Shown: piece after piece, positions 48,222-59,277 of the stretch
Layout: each line of letters starts with the position of its first letter
How positions within the stretch are numbered: the stretch's first letter is position 1
Origin: a virus
Strand: one strand, 5' to 3'
DNA: 64,000 nt
IMG/VR virus record: IMGVR_UViG_3300021138_000014
Span: 18,375-82,374 of that record
Program-made: the position numbers and the translations under genes
Notes under the pieces: model-generated
The model's database searches: none
The model's input: only the letters and a program-made list of their open reading frames with translations
Told to the model about the DNA's origin: nothing

Positions 48222-50767
48222 TAAGGAGTTCCTCCATCAACTGAAACGGTTCCACCAAAGACTGAGCTAGGGGTTCCTGCGTCTAGATTACCAGTAAGGG
48301 TACTAACGGTACTTGATAAACTCGTAGCCCCTGTTGAAAGTTGTTTAAATGTAACCGCAGATGTACCAAATGTATCTGTAGATTTAAGACCGCAAATCCA
48401 AGCGGTGCCACCGTAGTTGGTGCCTTGATTAACTTGAATAATTGCAGCAGCTAGTTTTGCTGGGCTGTCTGCGTCATTATCACGAATAAATATGCCCTGT
48501 ACCCCACTTGCTGGGGCTGTTGAGCAAACATACACACCATTTTGACGAGAATCTGTTTGGTCTTTAAATAGAACGCGATCACCTTGTTGAACGGTATAAC
48601 CATCTAAAACAAGAACACCCGTTGATGTCAAGGTAAGTTGATCTGAGGCAATTAATGGATCATTTGTTGTATTAACTCCAACAGCATAGGAGGCTGGGAC
48701 GTTAGTTGTTGTTGCAACCCTGGCTGCCTCATGAACACCTAAAGTAATCCACTCTGGTGCATACGATCCATTTCCTCCATAAGACATGAGGAATTGTCCA
48801 GCCTGACCCGCTCCAGTTGCCGAAACCATTTGATTATATGTAATTGGGGTTACCGTATCAAGGGTTCCTCCAAGAGCTTGCGTATAGCATTGGAATGCCT
48901 GGCCACCATTAAGAGAACCATTAAGGACTTGAATAATAGATCCGCTAATCTTAGGTAGCGTATCTGAGTCGTTATCGCGTATAAGAACAATATTTCCGGA
49001 TCCGCCAATACCGCCATTGGCTACAACATATACGCCATTTTGACGAGCATCTGGCTGATCTTTAACAAGAATACGATCTCCATTATTAATGGCATATCCA
49101 TCAAGCGTAAGTGTAGAAACTGAAAGCGTAAGCGTTGCTGCGGATGTTGGGTAGTCATTAGTCGTGTTAGCCCCAGCAGTGCCAGATGCAGCAAAGGTTC
49201 CAACAATCGCTACTCCGGTTGAAGCAACATTTACAGGTTCTTTAACACTAAGGCTAATAAACTGCGGACCACCATTGGCAATATTGCCGTAAGACATAAG
49301 GAACTGCCCGGCTGTTCCAGCAACGGTTGAGGTAGTGGTTCCTGAGTTATTACCAAATACAACACCGCCCGGCGTTACTCCAGTTATACCTGTTCCAGCA
49401 GCTCCTGTTGCACCAGTTAAACCTGTCGGACCTTGAGCTCCAGTGGGGCCTTGAATATTTCCAGCATTAATCCATGAATTTGTGTTGGTTGACCAAACAT
49501 AAAGAGCGCCATTAATTAAATAGGCTTGACCAGCAGTACCTGTTGGGTGTGCGGCTTGAAGCGCAGCTAGGGTTGAATAGGATCCAAGAATTGTTACGCC
49601 AGTACCTTGTGCTCCAGTAGCACCTGTAGGACCCGCGATACCTTGTGATCCAGTAAGGCCTTGTGGACCAGTAGGTCCGATGTTTCCTTGCACACCTTGG
49701 TTACCTTGCGGTCCTTGTACACCTGCAGGACCAGTAGCGCCTGTTGCACCAGTATTACCTTGTGCACCTGTTGCGCCTGTAGGTCCAGCAACACCTTGAG
49801 CACCTTGAGCACCTGTAGCACCTGTAGCGCCAACTGCTCCCGTAGCACCAACAGCGCCTGTAGCACCCGTTGCTCCAGTTACACCAGTAGCTCCAGTAGG
49901 ACCAACTAAACCTTGTGGTCCAGTTGGACCAGCAATGTTTGAAGCAGCACCAGTTGCACCCGTTGCTCCAGTGGCGCCAGTAGGACCAAGGATGTTACCG
50001 ACGTTCTGCCAGTTAGTTCCTGTCCATACTTCAAGAGTTCCATCGCCAAGTAAATAAGCAGAACCAATTTGACCCGTTGGATATGCCGCAACAAGGGCAG
50101 CATAATTAGGGAATGATCCACGAATTGTTACAGCGGATCCAGTAGATCCAGTCGGACCCTGAAGACCAGTCGCACCCGTAGGACCTGTTGCACCGACGGA
50201 TCCAGTTGCACCAGTAGGTCCAACCGCACCAGTTAAACCTGTTGCACCAACAGGACCAATAGAACCAACAGCACCTGCAGGTCCAGTAGGACCAGGAACG
50301 GTAGACGCTGCACCAGTTGCACCAGTAGCACCAGTGGCGCCAGTAGGACCTGTGGCTCCAACGTTGCCTTGAACACCTTGTGGACCTTGAGGGCCAGTTG
50401 CACCACTTGAACCAGTCGCTCCGGTCGCGCCTGTTGCACCAATTGCTCCCGCGGGACCAGCAACACCTGTAGCACCCGTTGGACCAGTTACAGTAGAAGC
50501 GGCGCCTGTAGCACCAGTGGGACCTTGAGGACCAATAGGACCTGTCTGACCTGTGGCGCCAGTTGCGCCTGTTGGACCTGTGGATCCAGTAGGACCAGTT
50601 ACAGTAGAAGCGGCGCCAGTTGCGCCAGTAGGGCCTGTGGGCCCAGTAGGACCAGGTATACCTTGAGGACCAGTAGCGCCGGGACCAGTGGCTCCACCAC
50701 CATACGGATTACCGTAGGCCTCTTCGCCGCCTTCGCTGTTAATAATAACTTCATATGGATTTGTCAT
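48221..50767 (-). CDS. Collagen triple-helix fibre protein
   Basis: Long G-P/A-T repeats; two GDR.L.KDQ...QNGVY domains. Confidence 0.9.
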   Translation of the reverse strand: MTNPYEVIINSEGGEEAYGNPYGGGATGPGATGPQGIPGPTGPTGPTGATGAASTVTGPTGSTGPTGATGATGQTGPIGPQGPTGATGAASTVTGPTGATGVAGPAGAIGATGATGATGSSGATGPQGPQGVQGNVGATGPTGATGATGATGAASTVPGPTGPAGAVGSIGPVGATGLTGAVGPTGATGSVGATGPTGATGLQGPTGSTGSAVTIRGSFPNYAALVAAYPTGQIGSAYLLGDGTLEVWTGTNWQNVGNILGPTGATGATGATGAASNIAGPTGPQGLVGPTGATGVTGATGATGAVGATGAVGATGATGAQGAQGVAGPTGATGAQGNTGATGATGPAGVQGPQGNQGVQGNIGPTGPQGLTGSQGIAGPTGATGAQGTGVTILGSYSTLAALQAAHPTGTAGQAYLINGALYVWSTNTNSWINAGNIQGPTGAQGPTGLTGATGAAGTGITGVTPGGVVFGNNSGTTTSTVAGTAGQFLMSYGNIANGGPQFISLSVKEPVNVASTGVAIVGTFAASGTAGANTTNDYPTSAATLTLSVSTLTLDGYAINNGDRILVKDQPDARQNGVYVVANGGIGGSGNIVLIRDNDSDTLPKISGSIIQVLNGSLNGGQAFQCYTQALGGTLDTVTPITYNQMVSATGAGQAGQFLMSYGGNGSYAPEWITLGVHEAARVATTTNVPASYAVGVNTTNDPLIASDQLTLTSTGVLVLDGYTVQQGDRVLFKDQTDSRQNGVYVCSTAPASGVQGIFIRDNDADSPAKLAAAIIQVNQGTNYGGTAWICGLKSTDTFGTSAVTFKQLSTGATSLSSTVSTLTGNLDAGTPSSVFGGTVSVDGGTP

Positions 50768-51828
50768 AGAGTATCCAATGTTACTTGAGGTTGAGTAAAG
50801 ACTTGACCTCTAACAAAAGTTTCTTCATAGTTAGGGTCGCTAGACGTAGCACGAAGATCCCAGAAGGATCGAAGTGGCAACATGTCTGTTTGGTAACGTG
50901 TGAGGCTTAACTGAATACGGGCGGGGTTATTTTGCAAAACTGTAATTGCAAAGTCAGCAAAAAGTGTTGGTGAGGTGGGGTAGCTTCGAACCTGGGCTTG
51001 AAAAGATAGCCCAGTAACATCTCTACCAAAGTCTAATATGATAGTAAAACTATCTCCTTGAACTCCAAGGTTAAGATCATAGATCGGAACCTTAGCCACA
51101 GGAAGCGTGCGCCCAGTAACATTTTCTGGAATATACAAGCGCTCTGGCATAGAAGGGTCATCAGCCTCTTGAGCCACGTAAAGTGGGACAAGGCGATTAG
51201 TTGTACGGCTGACACGACGGAGATTACCCATCTCAATCTTCCACAAGCCCACGTTAAGTTGAGTACAGATGGTCCGGTACTGCTCCCAGCGTTGCTGGAT
51301 AATATTCGTCAATTGGCTGTAGCGTTGATCGCGAGGAATCATAATTCCATCAGGAGCCATAATGTTGATATCAAAAGCCGAATCAGTGGCTAATGCCCAA
51401 AGAGCCTCAATAACAGAGAGGATAACGATTGGGTATTCCTCAACATGGTCAAGGGTGCGTAGAGTTACTTTTCTACCAAAACCGTCTGTTCTGTTGTAAG
51501 TGTGCTGGGTAATAGAGGTATTGATGTAGTTTTCAATTTCGCCATCAGTAAAATAGCGGTAAGCGTTACCAAGAACTTTAATCACAGAACCTTGAGCAGG
51601 AGGGTTTACAAAATAAATTACTCCGTTTTTATCTTCAAGTACAAAATATGTAGGTTGGGTAACGATGCTTCCATCTATAGTTACTTGAATAGACATCGCG
51701 TCAACTGGCTTAAATCCTAAGGGAAAGGTTAGTTCTCTTCCATCGCCAATAAAAGTTTTGCTAAAAAGGCTTGCGTGGTCGGCTAGTTCAGAGCGAACTT
51801 TTGTTACTAAATCATGAAACTCAATCAC
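50764..51828 (-). CDS. Head-to-tail adaptor/neck protein
   Basis: VRSELAD..., EALWALATD...PDG..IPR.QRY; C-terminal GDSF BppU-like module. Confidence 0.65.
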   Translation of the reverse strand: MIEFHDLVTKVRSELADHASLFSKTFIGDGRELTFPLGFKPVDAMSIQVTIDGSIVTQPTYFVLEDKNGVIYFVNPPAQGSVIKVLGNAYRYFTDGEIENYINTSITQHTYNRTDGFGRKVTLRTLDHVEEYPIVILSVIEALWALATDSAFDINIMAPDGIMIPRDQRYSQLTNIIQQRWEQYRTICTQLNVGLWKIEMGNLRRVSRTTNRLVPLYVAQEADDPSMPERLYIPENVTGRTLPVAKVPIYDLNLGVQGDSFTIILDFGRDVTGLSFQAQVRSYPTSPTLFADFAITVLQNNPARIQLSLTRYQTDMLPLRSFWDLRATSSDPNYEETFVRGQVFTQPQVTLDTL

Positions 51829-51888
51829 GATATCCCCTTACCATCCGCCTTCATTAATAATCTCGCACTTTAAGTAAAAAGTCTTTAT

Positions 51889-51926
51889 AAACGAAACAGC
51901 GGGTAACGCATTACGCGCCCCGCTGC
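51889..51926 (-). terminator. Rho-independent terminator of head operon
   Basis: CAGCGGG/CCCGCTG stem + TTTCGTTT. Confidence 0.65.
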
Positions 51927-51942
51927 TCGGTAACCTTTGTTA

Positions 51943-52299
51943 TTAAATAACGCCAGCTAGATAACCCTTTTCCTTAAGGTGGTTAGCCACATGCTTTGAA
52001 ACTGTGTACTTTTGACCAGCCTTAAAGTTATAGTAATTACCTGATCCTAGAGTCATAGACTCAATGTCAGCAATTACGCGAATCTCTACTGAGTCTTGAT
52101 CTTCAGTTGTCTTTACGACACTGTCAACAATAACTGTTTGACGATTTGGTTGGGTTGCATCAATCGGGGTGTCTAGTTCTGCTTTTGCTTCCGCAGTAAC
52201 CATAGACATTTCAGCCGCACGCTGTTGTAGTTCTTCAGAGTGTTGCTTAGCGAGTTCATCGCGCTTACGTCCTGTGACGTCGTTTGGGTTCCGAGCCAT
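51943..52299 (-). CDS. Hypothetical head-associated protein
   Basis: Follows MCP; GQKYTV...VANHLKEKG. Confidence 0.7.
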   Translation of the reverse strand: MARNPNDVTGRKRDELAKQHSEELQQRAAEMSMVTAEAKAELDTPIDATQPNRQTVIVDSVVKTTEDQDSVEIRVIADIESMTLGSGNYYNFKAGQKYTVSKHVANHLKEKGYLAGVI

Positions 52300-52334
52300 T
52301 TGTAATTCTCCAATGTAGTGTCTGTTAAGGAAAC

Positions 52335-52361
52335 TGACGGGGGGCTTTCGCCCCCCAATCA
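52335..52361 (-). terminator. Hairpin after capsid gene (attenuator/stabiliser)
   Basis: GGGGGGC-GAAA-GCCCCCC with weak U tract. Confidence 0.55.
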
Positions 52362-52399
52362 GGTCGTACTATTAAGTTTTTTTACAACTAAGTTCGAAC

Positions 52400-53473
52400 T
52401 TAGTTGGTTTCTGCAATCAAGACTGACTGATCTGTGATCAAGCCAAGACCGAAGATTGAGTACCAAGCAAGAGCGTGCTCACGACCGAAGTCCAAGATAC
52501 CGCCATCGCGAAGTTCAACTGGGAGTGAGATAGCGTGACCGAATGCGTTATCTCCAATGAAGATTGCGCTATAACGATCAGCTGCACCGTTACCTGTGAA
52601 GGTGTTAGGTGTTGTGTAGCCTCCACCAGCAGCAACTGTTGGGTTAGCAACAGCAGTGTCAGTTGTATAGCCAGCACCAGCACCACCAGGAACCTTGAGG
52701 ACCTGTGTTGTCTCAATGAATACTGTGTCGTACAAACGACCAATTTCACCGAGCATGAAGTTACCAGGAGCAGCGTACTTTGTTACTTCAATGAACTCTG
52801 GGAGGTCACGAAGACGACGGCTCTGGTGAGGGTGAACGAACGCGACGTAAGTCTCGCCCAAACGAGGGATGTTCTTGGTTGAGAGTGTCTCAACTGCATC
52901 CTTCACGGTACGGGTTGAAAGGAAGAAGTTTCCTGTCATAGAAGCGCGTGAGGTGCCTTCTGTGCCGTAGCCGTACCAGTTGTTTACTGCTGAAGAGATG
53001 GCTGAGCGATCTTCACCGTAGATGGTTGAAGATGCTGCATATAGGGTGTCGCGTGAAAGCTGATCAAGATAGATAGCCATGTTACGACCGAGAAGACGTG
53101 AGGCTGAAGCCATGACGTCGTCGAATGAAGCATTGAGAAGAAGTTCTGAAACAGCGAGGGCATAACCATGCTCTGTAACTGTGATTGAGAACTGCTGTGC
53201 TGTCAATGCATTTGTCTGCATACGAACACCTTCGACGAGCGGTGAAGCAAAGCCAAGGTTGTTGTAACGCATAAAGTTAATCTGAAGACCAGGAGCAACT
53301 CCTAGTTCAGTCTTCTTTACTGCAAATTGCTCAAAGCGAAGGATTGGTAGAGCCTGAAACAAGATTTCCTTGGACCAGATTGTCTGAATCGCTTGAGTGA
53401 GTTGGGTGTTTGTACCCGAGTATGCTGTTGGTGCGGCTGCGAGATTGCCGGTACCTGTGATTCCAGATGCCAT
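52400..53473 (-). CDS. Major capsid protein (N4-gp56 family, HK97 fold)
   Basis: F.RYNNL, L.EG, EHG, YVAFVHPHQ, GEIGRL, DFGR..LAW; strong codon bias. Confidence 0.93.
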   Translation of the reverse strand: MASGITGTGNLAAAPTAYSGTNTQLTQAIQTIWSKEILFQALPILRFEQFAVKKTELGVAPGLQINFMRYNNLGFASPLVEGVRMQTNALTAQQFSITVTEHGYALAVSELLLNASFDDVMASASRLLGRNMAIYLDQLSRDTLYAASSTIYGEDRSAISSAVNNWYGYGTEGTSRASMTGNFFLSTRTVKDAVETLSTKNIPRLGETYVAFVHPHQSRRLRDLPEFIEVTKYAAPGNFMLGEIGRLYDTVFIETTQVLKVPGGAGAGYTTDTAVANPTVAAGGGYTTPNTFTGNGAADRYSAIFIGDNAFGHAISLPVELRDGGILDFGREHALAWYSIFGLGLITDQSVLIAETN

Positions 53474-53517
53474 TTAGCTATAGCTCCTTAATAGGTTGGT
53501 TGAGTTAGGGTTTAGCA

Positions 53518-54321
53518 TTACCATCTCTGAGCTTCGCCTCGAGCTTTTGGACTCAATAGACGATCTCGATATTTCGCATATTCTTGTGCGGACATTGACG
53601 CAATATCTTGCGCCGAGAACTGTGTTTGCTCCGAATTAGTTTCCAGTGGTCCTGCTGGAGGCAAGGTCGCCCTTGTCCCCGTCATTTCACGGCGTGTATT
53701 CTGCATAGCAGATTGAGCCGATTCAAGAATTCGTGCTGAGCGCTCTTTCAAGCCCTCAATACTTGCGTCTAAATCTTCGCGAGTGTTACCTCCGACGAGA
53801 TCCAAAAGTTCAGGCATGATGTTGTCACGCTCTGCTTCTAGACGTTGGGTCTTATAATTCTGGAGATCTGCAAAAGTTCTTTCCTGCTCCAGAAGAGCGA
53901 AGGCACGTTCACGTTCTTGACGCTCACGCTCCAACTGCTCCTGCCACTCAGCTTCTTTTTTGGCAATGAGATCACGAACATCCAAAGATGATTCTTCCTC
54001 AGCCTTTTTGCGAGCTTCGATTGCTGCTAACTTCTCAGTTTCTTCTGCTTGCCGTTGAGCGACTTCTGTTTCTTTCTCCTTACGGAGTGCTTCTACTTCT
54101 TTCTTAAGGTTGTCAATGACAGGATAAACTTTATCTTTTTCCTGTTGACGAGCCTTAACCAAATCCGCTTCGCTATAAAACTGTGCTTTGCGGTTTTCGG
54201 TTACGTTAGTAGTAGCGGCTTCAGTTGTAACAGTTGATGCGTCAACATCAGACACGTTTACTACTGGAGTGGTTCCTGCGTCGACCGCGAAGGCCTCAGC
54301 AGCTGCTTCTGCAACTTCCAT
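53518..54321 (-). CDS. Capsid scaffolding protein
   Basis: Acidic coiled coil upstream of MCP; MS..EYAKYR tail. Confidence 0.82.
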   Translation of the reverse strand: MEVAEAAAEAFAVDAGTTPVVNVSDVDASTVTTEAATTNVTENRKAQFYSEADLVKARQQEKDKVYPVIDNLKKEVEALRKEKETEVAQRQAEETEKLAAIEARKKAEEESSLDVRDLIAKKEAEWQEQLERERQERERAFALLEQERTFADLQNYKTQRLEAERDNIMPELLDLVGGNTREDLDASIEGLKERSARILESAQSAMQNTRREMTGTRATLPPAGPLETNSEQTQFSAQDIASMSAQEYAKYRDRLLSPKARGEAQRW

Positions 54322-54435
54322 GTTTCATCCTTTGATTCTAGGGGTCTTTTTCCGATGTGAGAGCACGTATGACCTAACTGTGTGTTTCAGTATTTAATTT
54401 TGCCGTACCTACAAAAAATTACAGGCTAAACTGCC

Positions 54436-56148
54436 CTATTTCTCGTAGTCTTCCGGAACTCTCTTCTGAGGAATTTTGGTCCCGTAAGCTTCTGTAACAA
54501 GGCGGTTACGTAGACCGGCCTCTCCTTGGGCGAGCATCGCTGACGCCTCATCCACGATCGGTGTCGCAGCATTTTCGTTTCCACCCATTGGTTGACCCTC
54601 AGGTCCGACCATAGGTTGACCCGCTGCACCGTCTGGGCCAGGCATCATGCCTGTCATAGCCAAGATTTCCTTAGCAATATCATTCTTAAGCATTTGTAAT
54701 GCGCCGTCTGCCTTGGCGTCGTCCATAAGTTCTTGACGGATCTCTTGAATCTTTTCTGCAGGAAATTCTTCACCAAGTGAGCGAAGTGCACCCTCTTTAG
54801 ACTCAAGACCAAGAGACAACTTAGTCTGGATCTCATTAAGTGCGATCAATTTATCAAGAGGTAGTGGCTGTGGGAAGTGAACGATTGAACGGTATGTATC
54901 TGCGTTGTTTGGGTCTAACTGTGTAAGTTGACCATTCTTAAGGGGAGTATTAAAATCAGGGTTCCAGGTAAACATCTCAGGTTCTTTAAGACCAATGCTT
55001 AAAAGAACAAGTTCATTAATACGCTCTAAGCCATGTGCGTATTGAATAATCTTCTGATGGTAGCGGTTCATCAAAGGCTGGAACATAATTGAAAGCGCAA
55101 CACCAGAGGTGTTAGATACAGGCATTGCCTGACCAAGAGCGGTTTCAGGAACACCAACCATTTCGTGCATAGATTTCTTAAGCATCTCAAGGAATTCCAT
55201 TGCGCCTTTAAGACCCTCAGATCCACCTGAAAGATTTTCTACCTTGGCATCTTTTGGAAGACCACCCCAAACCTTGTTAGGTCCTTTTTCTAATTGAGCT
55301 GCTTTTGCACCAATAATAACTGTAACTGGGGCGGCGTGATAATTAACAATATCAGCAACATCCGTAGCAACTTCATTATAAGTACGATTAATATTAATAA
55401 TATCGTTGCAGTCGCTAAGACCCCAAGGACTACCGCTAATACGTATGTTTGGGATATGAATAACAGGGATGGTGCCGAGGGGGTTTGGTCGTGAGTCAAT
55501 AAGTTCGTCATTAATATATTCTTCAATAATGTCTTCTGTCAGGATCTCGGTATAAGTAAACACTTGACGTGTTCCTTCAAGAGAAGTGCCCCAGAAACGA
55601 TACTTAAGTTTAAAACGAATTAAGCGCTCGCGATCATGTGGGTGAAACTCAGGAAATGCAAAAGAAGAGTTCAGGGGAAGAATACGAACTCGTCCCGGAT
55701 GCACACGACCCGTAGGATCTTGATAAGCCTCTTCATAAGCAACTTTAACAAAGCAGTCTCCAGATACAGATCCTTGCTGACCTATTTCCCACAGAACTGT
55801 GGCTTTGTTGTTATCCACTTCCCAGACTCTTTCAAGAATGTCTGGCACGATTGCTTCCGTTTCTTTTGGGGAACGGAAGGAGACCCCTTTGCCGAAAGTA
55901 AAGTTAATAACAAAATCGGTAAAGGCACGGTAATAATTAAGTGCCATCTGCGCTTCACCAGTTTGGCGGCGGTACGACCAGTGATGACCTAGGTACATAG
56001 CCCAGTTCATTGAGTAACGGTTTAGGCGAGGACCATGTACTTCAAACTCTTCGTCCGCTAATTCGACAAGCCCAAGGGGGGATATAGAGATTGTTAAATC
56101 ACTTGACGCCGCCCTATATGAAGGGGGCGAGAAGTCAATTGAACTCAT
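54436..56148 (-). CDS. Portal protein (SPP1 gp6-like)
   Basis: NPLG.IPVIHIPN, WGLSD, NTSGVAL; lies between terminase and scaffold. Confidence 0.9.
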   Translation of the reverse strand: MSSIDFSPPSYRAASSDLTISISPLGLVELADEEFEVHGPRLNRYSMNWAMYLGHHWSYRRQTGEAQMALNYYRAFTDFVINFTFGKGVSFRSPKETEAIVPDILERVWEVDNNKATVLWEIGQQGSVSGDCFVKVAYEEAYQDPTGRVHPGRVRILPLNSSFAFPEFHPHDRERLIRFKLKYRFWGTSLEGTRQVFTYTEILTEDIIEEYINDELIDSRPNPLGTIPVIHIPNIRISGSPWGLSDCNDIININRTYNEVATDVADIVNYHAAPVTVIIGAKAAQLEKGPNKVWGGLPKDAKVENLSGGSEGLKGAMEFLEMLKKSMHEMVGVPETALGQAMPVSNTSGVALSIMFQPLMNRYHQKIIQYAHGLERINELVLLSIGLKEPEMFTWNPDFNTPLKNGQLTQLDPNNADTYRSIVHFPQPLPLDKLIALNEIQTKLSLGLESKEGALRSLGEEFPAEKIQEIRQELMDDAKADGALQMLKNDIAKEILAMTGMMPGPDGAAGQPMVGPEGQPMGGNENAATPIVDEASAMLAQGEAGLRNRLVTEAYGTKIPQKRVPEDYEK

Positions 56149-56210
56149 CTATAGTCCCTCTCGTTTGAATATTGAAATAATAGCAAAATTGTCGACAAAT
56201 AGATTTTAGG

Positions 56211-56519
56211 TTATCTAAAGGACTCGCCTTTAATAAGACCCCTACCCATAGGCTTGGAAACTTTACGAAGTTGTTTCTTCTTTTCAGCCTCTTGCTTATC
56301 GTGGACTGTGTCCCGCATTCTTGGATCTACTTCTTTTTCAGACTTAACAAAACGACCACCCATTTGAAGATACTTGGCATGAACCCAGTGACCTGCTGCT
56401 GGGGAGGGCCACTTAGCAAAACGTGACTTTGCCTGCACAACAATTGAGTTATAAAGACGTGGATTAGCGGGAACCTCGTGAGGAGCTTCCTTTACCGCTT
56501 TACCTTGAACATATGCCAT
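56211..56519 (-). CDS. Hypothetical basic protein
   Basis: PANPRLY...F.KWPSPAA.HWV..Y..MGG. Confidence 0.7.
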   Translation of the reverse strand: MAYVQGKAVKEAPHEVPANPRLYNSIVVQAKSRFAKWPSPAAGHWVHAKYLQMGGRFVKSEKEVDPRMRDTVHDKQEAEKKKQLRKVSKPMGRGLIKGESFR

Positions 56520-56599
56520 GAATGATCCTTAAAGAGTGACCCCCGTGGTGCGCTTGCGTCAGAGGCGTCGGGGGTTCTGTTTTTCTATATTACTCTATA

Positions 56600-56998
56600 T
56601 TAGTCGTTAACGACCGAAGGGTTAAGGCGCTGTTGGTGTCCGCCATCGCGCTTAACTTCTTGGAATTCATTCTTACCGTGGTCAGCAAAAGCACCGCCAG
56701 AAAATTCTGAGAGGTGTGATGGTGCTTCTACCCAAGCTGCAGAACCGACGTGTGCGCGTTCACGCATTGTCTCCTCTGGTAACTTTTCGAAAACATTTGC
56801 ATTACGGTTTGGACGGTTTGCTGCAGGTGTATAAGCCTGCATAGCGCCCTTTGTAAATTCGCTTGGAACATCTGTATCTGTTGCAATTCCTTCTTCAAAA
56901 CGAAGTGGGCCGCGATTACCTGTTGTAGCAGGTGAGAACTTGCGATCATAAACAGTTCCTGGACGTTCAGCGAACTTTGGGTCTGGTGCGATTGTCAT
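56600..56998 (-). CDS. Conserved-looking hypothetical protein
   Basis: AAGGAG RBS; GPLRFEEG.ATDTDVP...ERAHVGS. Confidence 0.75.
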   Translation of the reverse strand: MTIAPDPKFAERPGTVYDRKFSPATTGNRGPLRFEEGIATDTDVPSEFTKGAMQAYTPAANRPNRNANVFEKLPEETMRERAHVGSAAWVEAPSHLSEFSGGAFADHGKNEFQEVKRDGGHQQRLNPSVVND

Positions 56999-57077
56999 AT
57001 ATGACTCCTTATTGGGTTTGAGGACCTCGTAGAAAAGTATCTCTCGTTTAGGTCAGGTATGTACGGTAAAGTCGTAA

Positions 57078-58679
57078 TTATCTAAAAAAAGGAGAGCTAG
57101 TTACTTCTACTTGAGGCAGGGTTAGATCCATTGTCATTGCACAGGCAATTGCCAGACTATCGGCAAAGTCGTCGTGCGCGTGCGCTTCGTCAGGGGCGTG
57201 GGCTAGAAAATTAGGTCCTTGGAACTTAATTTCCAGATCCGTCATCTGCTGATAGAAGCGCTTCCATGTACGCAAACGCCGGGTTTTAGCATGCGCTGGG
57301 TATTCAATCATTCTGCGATCAATTAACGCTTTAAGGTGTTTCCAACGTTTAGACTGCTCTGGTTGACTAGAACCGATTGCGTGTACTTCTGCTCTAGGTA
57401 TTAAAAGTTTAAGGCGCTGAGCAACAGCGTCACCAACACCGTTAGCGTCAACCCCCACTGCAAGTACGTCATAACTCTCCAAGAATGTTTGAATTTGAAA
57501 GTACTGATCTTCCCAGTCATCGCCCTGAATTTCTAACCAATTTAATATTCTGTGTTCGTAATACCCAAATTCGTCTGGGCGATCCCAGTTAACCCATACT
57601 ACCGTAACAACGGTTGAGTCCATTTTACGTGCAGGGTCAATTCCCACAACAACAGGGGATCGATGCCAAGCCTTCACTAATTCCATAGACGTGTCTTGCA
57701 ACTCATCCATAACGTTAGAAGTTACAAACATACCTCTATCAAGTAACCATTTACAAGAGTACGACATCTGAAACTCATCGGAGTCTTCACCAATTCGAAG
57801 AACTTCTTTCTTAATAAACTTTCCATAATTTGTCTGTACTTTTGCTACTTCACGCCAGTCCCACTCAAAGTGATTCTGCCGACCACGACCAGTTTGTCTA
57901 CGCTTGTTTAATTGAATAGATCGGTAGAAGTTATTCTTATGCGTAGTGGGAGTACCCGTCTTAACCATAGTTCCCGAATAGTAAGCCAGCATAGGAGAGA
58001 TGGATTTAGAAACAACAAAATCATCGGCTTCTTGACACTCATCAATAACAATAAGATGAAAAGACTTAGATTCAATCTTTGCTCGTGGGTTAGCGGTCAT
58101 CATAGAAAGGGTGGATCCAGAGTTCTTTAGCTTGATCTGTCGAGTAACACCCGTCACCTTGCCAACGCTGTCGTCTATCTCTGTATCATTTAATATTTCC
58201 AATGCGCGTTCAGAAGTTAATCTATTTACAGCGCGACCAAATAAAGTTTCTACCTGACCCTCAACTGGAGCAAACATTCCAACCCAAATACCATCTTTAA
58301 ACTTACCTAAAAGTTCTGGGTACATTTTTGCTAATCTTGGAAGAAGCACCATTAACGTAACTACGGTGTTAGCAATAGTCTCTGATTTACCCGACTGACG
58401 GGCCGCAAGGGCGGTAATTTCTTCGCCGTCATTAATAATTACTGATTCGATAATGCGACGAGCAAGGGGCTTCTGATAGGGGTGTAGATCGTGACCAACA
58501 AGGGCTTCCATAAATTGCATGGTTCGGTCAATAATTTTTTCAACAAACTTCTTGGAGAGTTCGTCTAGTTCGTCTTCTTCCTCCTCAAGGAGGATCTCCC
58601 CCTCGACTTCGTCAAGGAGTTCTTCTTCGTCAAAAAATAATGGGTCAGACATAGTAAACCTAAGTGTAGAAGAAAACAC
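57078..58679 (-). CDS. terL: Terminase large subunit
   Basis: ARQSGKS, IVIDECQ, GTP, GIDPA, DANGVG, HDDFADS; start may be MSDPLF. Confidence 0.94.
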   Translation of the reverse strand: MFSSTLRFTMSDPLFFDEEELLDEVEGEILLEEEEDELDELSKKFVEKIIDRTMQFMEALVGHDLHPYQKPLARRIIESVIINDGEEITALAARQSGKSETIANTVVTLMVLLPRLAKMYPELLGKFKDGIWVGMFAPVEGQVETLFGRAVNRLTSERALEILNDTEIDDSVGKVTGVTRQIKLKNSGSTLSMMTANPRAKIESKSFHLIVIDECQEADDFVVSKSISPMLAYYSGTMVKTGTPTTHKNNFYRSIQLNKRRQTGRGRQNHFEWDWREVAKVQTNYGKFIKKEVLRIGEDSDEFQMSYSCKWLLDRGMFVTSNVMDELQDTSMELVKAWHRSPVVVGIDPARKMDSTVVTVVWVNWDRPDEFGYYEHRILNWLEIQGDDWEDQYFQIQTFLESYDVLAVGVDANGVGDAVAQRLKLLIPRAEVHAIGSSQPEQSKRWKHLKALIDRRMIEYPAHAKTRRLRTWKRFYQQMTDLEIKFQGPNFLAHAPDEAHAHDDFADSLAIACAMTMDLTLPQVEVTSSPFFR

Positions 58680-58739
58680 TAGGCTCTGGCTTTTATACCA
58701 GAGCCGAGCGTAACCGCACAGGGAGAAGGAAGTGAGGTG

Positions 58740-59003
58740 TTATAAGTCTACAGGTTTTTTATTTCTTACGTATAGTTCGTTTACAACCGCATGGATTGCT
58801 TCTGCTCCAATTAAAGCTTCTTCTACGTAGTTAAAATCCCCGCTTTTAGTAAAGTTGCTTAGATTTCTTCCCAAATCAAACATTGCTTGATCTACCCACA
58901 CGTCTAATTCCCTAGTTGGAATCTGCCTTACTCGGCGAGCAATTCGTTCTGAAAAGGGCTTATCCCAATTATTGACCTTCTTTTTAAACATTCCAGTCTT
59001 CAA
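58740..59003 (-). CDS. Hypothetical protein
   Basis: ORF upstream of terL. Confidence 0.65.
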   Translation of the reverse strand: MKTGMFKKKVNNWDKPFSERIARRVRQIPTRELDVWVDQAMFDLGRNLSNFTKSGDFNYVEEALIGAEAIHAVVNELYVRNKKPVDL

Positions 59004-59277
59004 TCTCTTCAGTGGAGGTATCCATTTCCCGACCTCGAAGCGCGGTAGACAATAAGCGATCTATATCTTCATCTGTTAAGTATTCTGGGTTTTCCACAGT
59101 GGGGCGTAATTTACCCATGTAAAAACCGGGCTTTGTAAAAGGCACTCGAAAAACTAAACAAGTACCCGTTCTATATGGCCACGTAGTTTCTTGTGTATGC
59201 CCCACTTCAACAATAGGGAGTGGTCGACGGTGGTAATACTCCAATGTTCCAACGTATAGTGATCCGAATGTTTTCAT
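58984..59277 (-). CDS. Hypothetical protein
   Basis: Coupled ORF. Confidence 0.7.
   Translation of the reverse strand: MKTFGSLYVGTLEYYHRRPLPIVEVGHTQETTWPYRTGTCLVFRVPFTKPGFYMGKLRPTVENPEYLTDEDIDRLLSTALRGREMDTSTEEIEDWNV

Noticed and set aside
48221-50767. Dense 9-bp periodic DNA repeats as a non-coding array
   Set aside because: Fully explained by collagen G-X-Y codons with third-position variation
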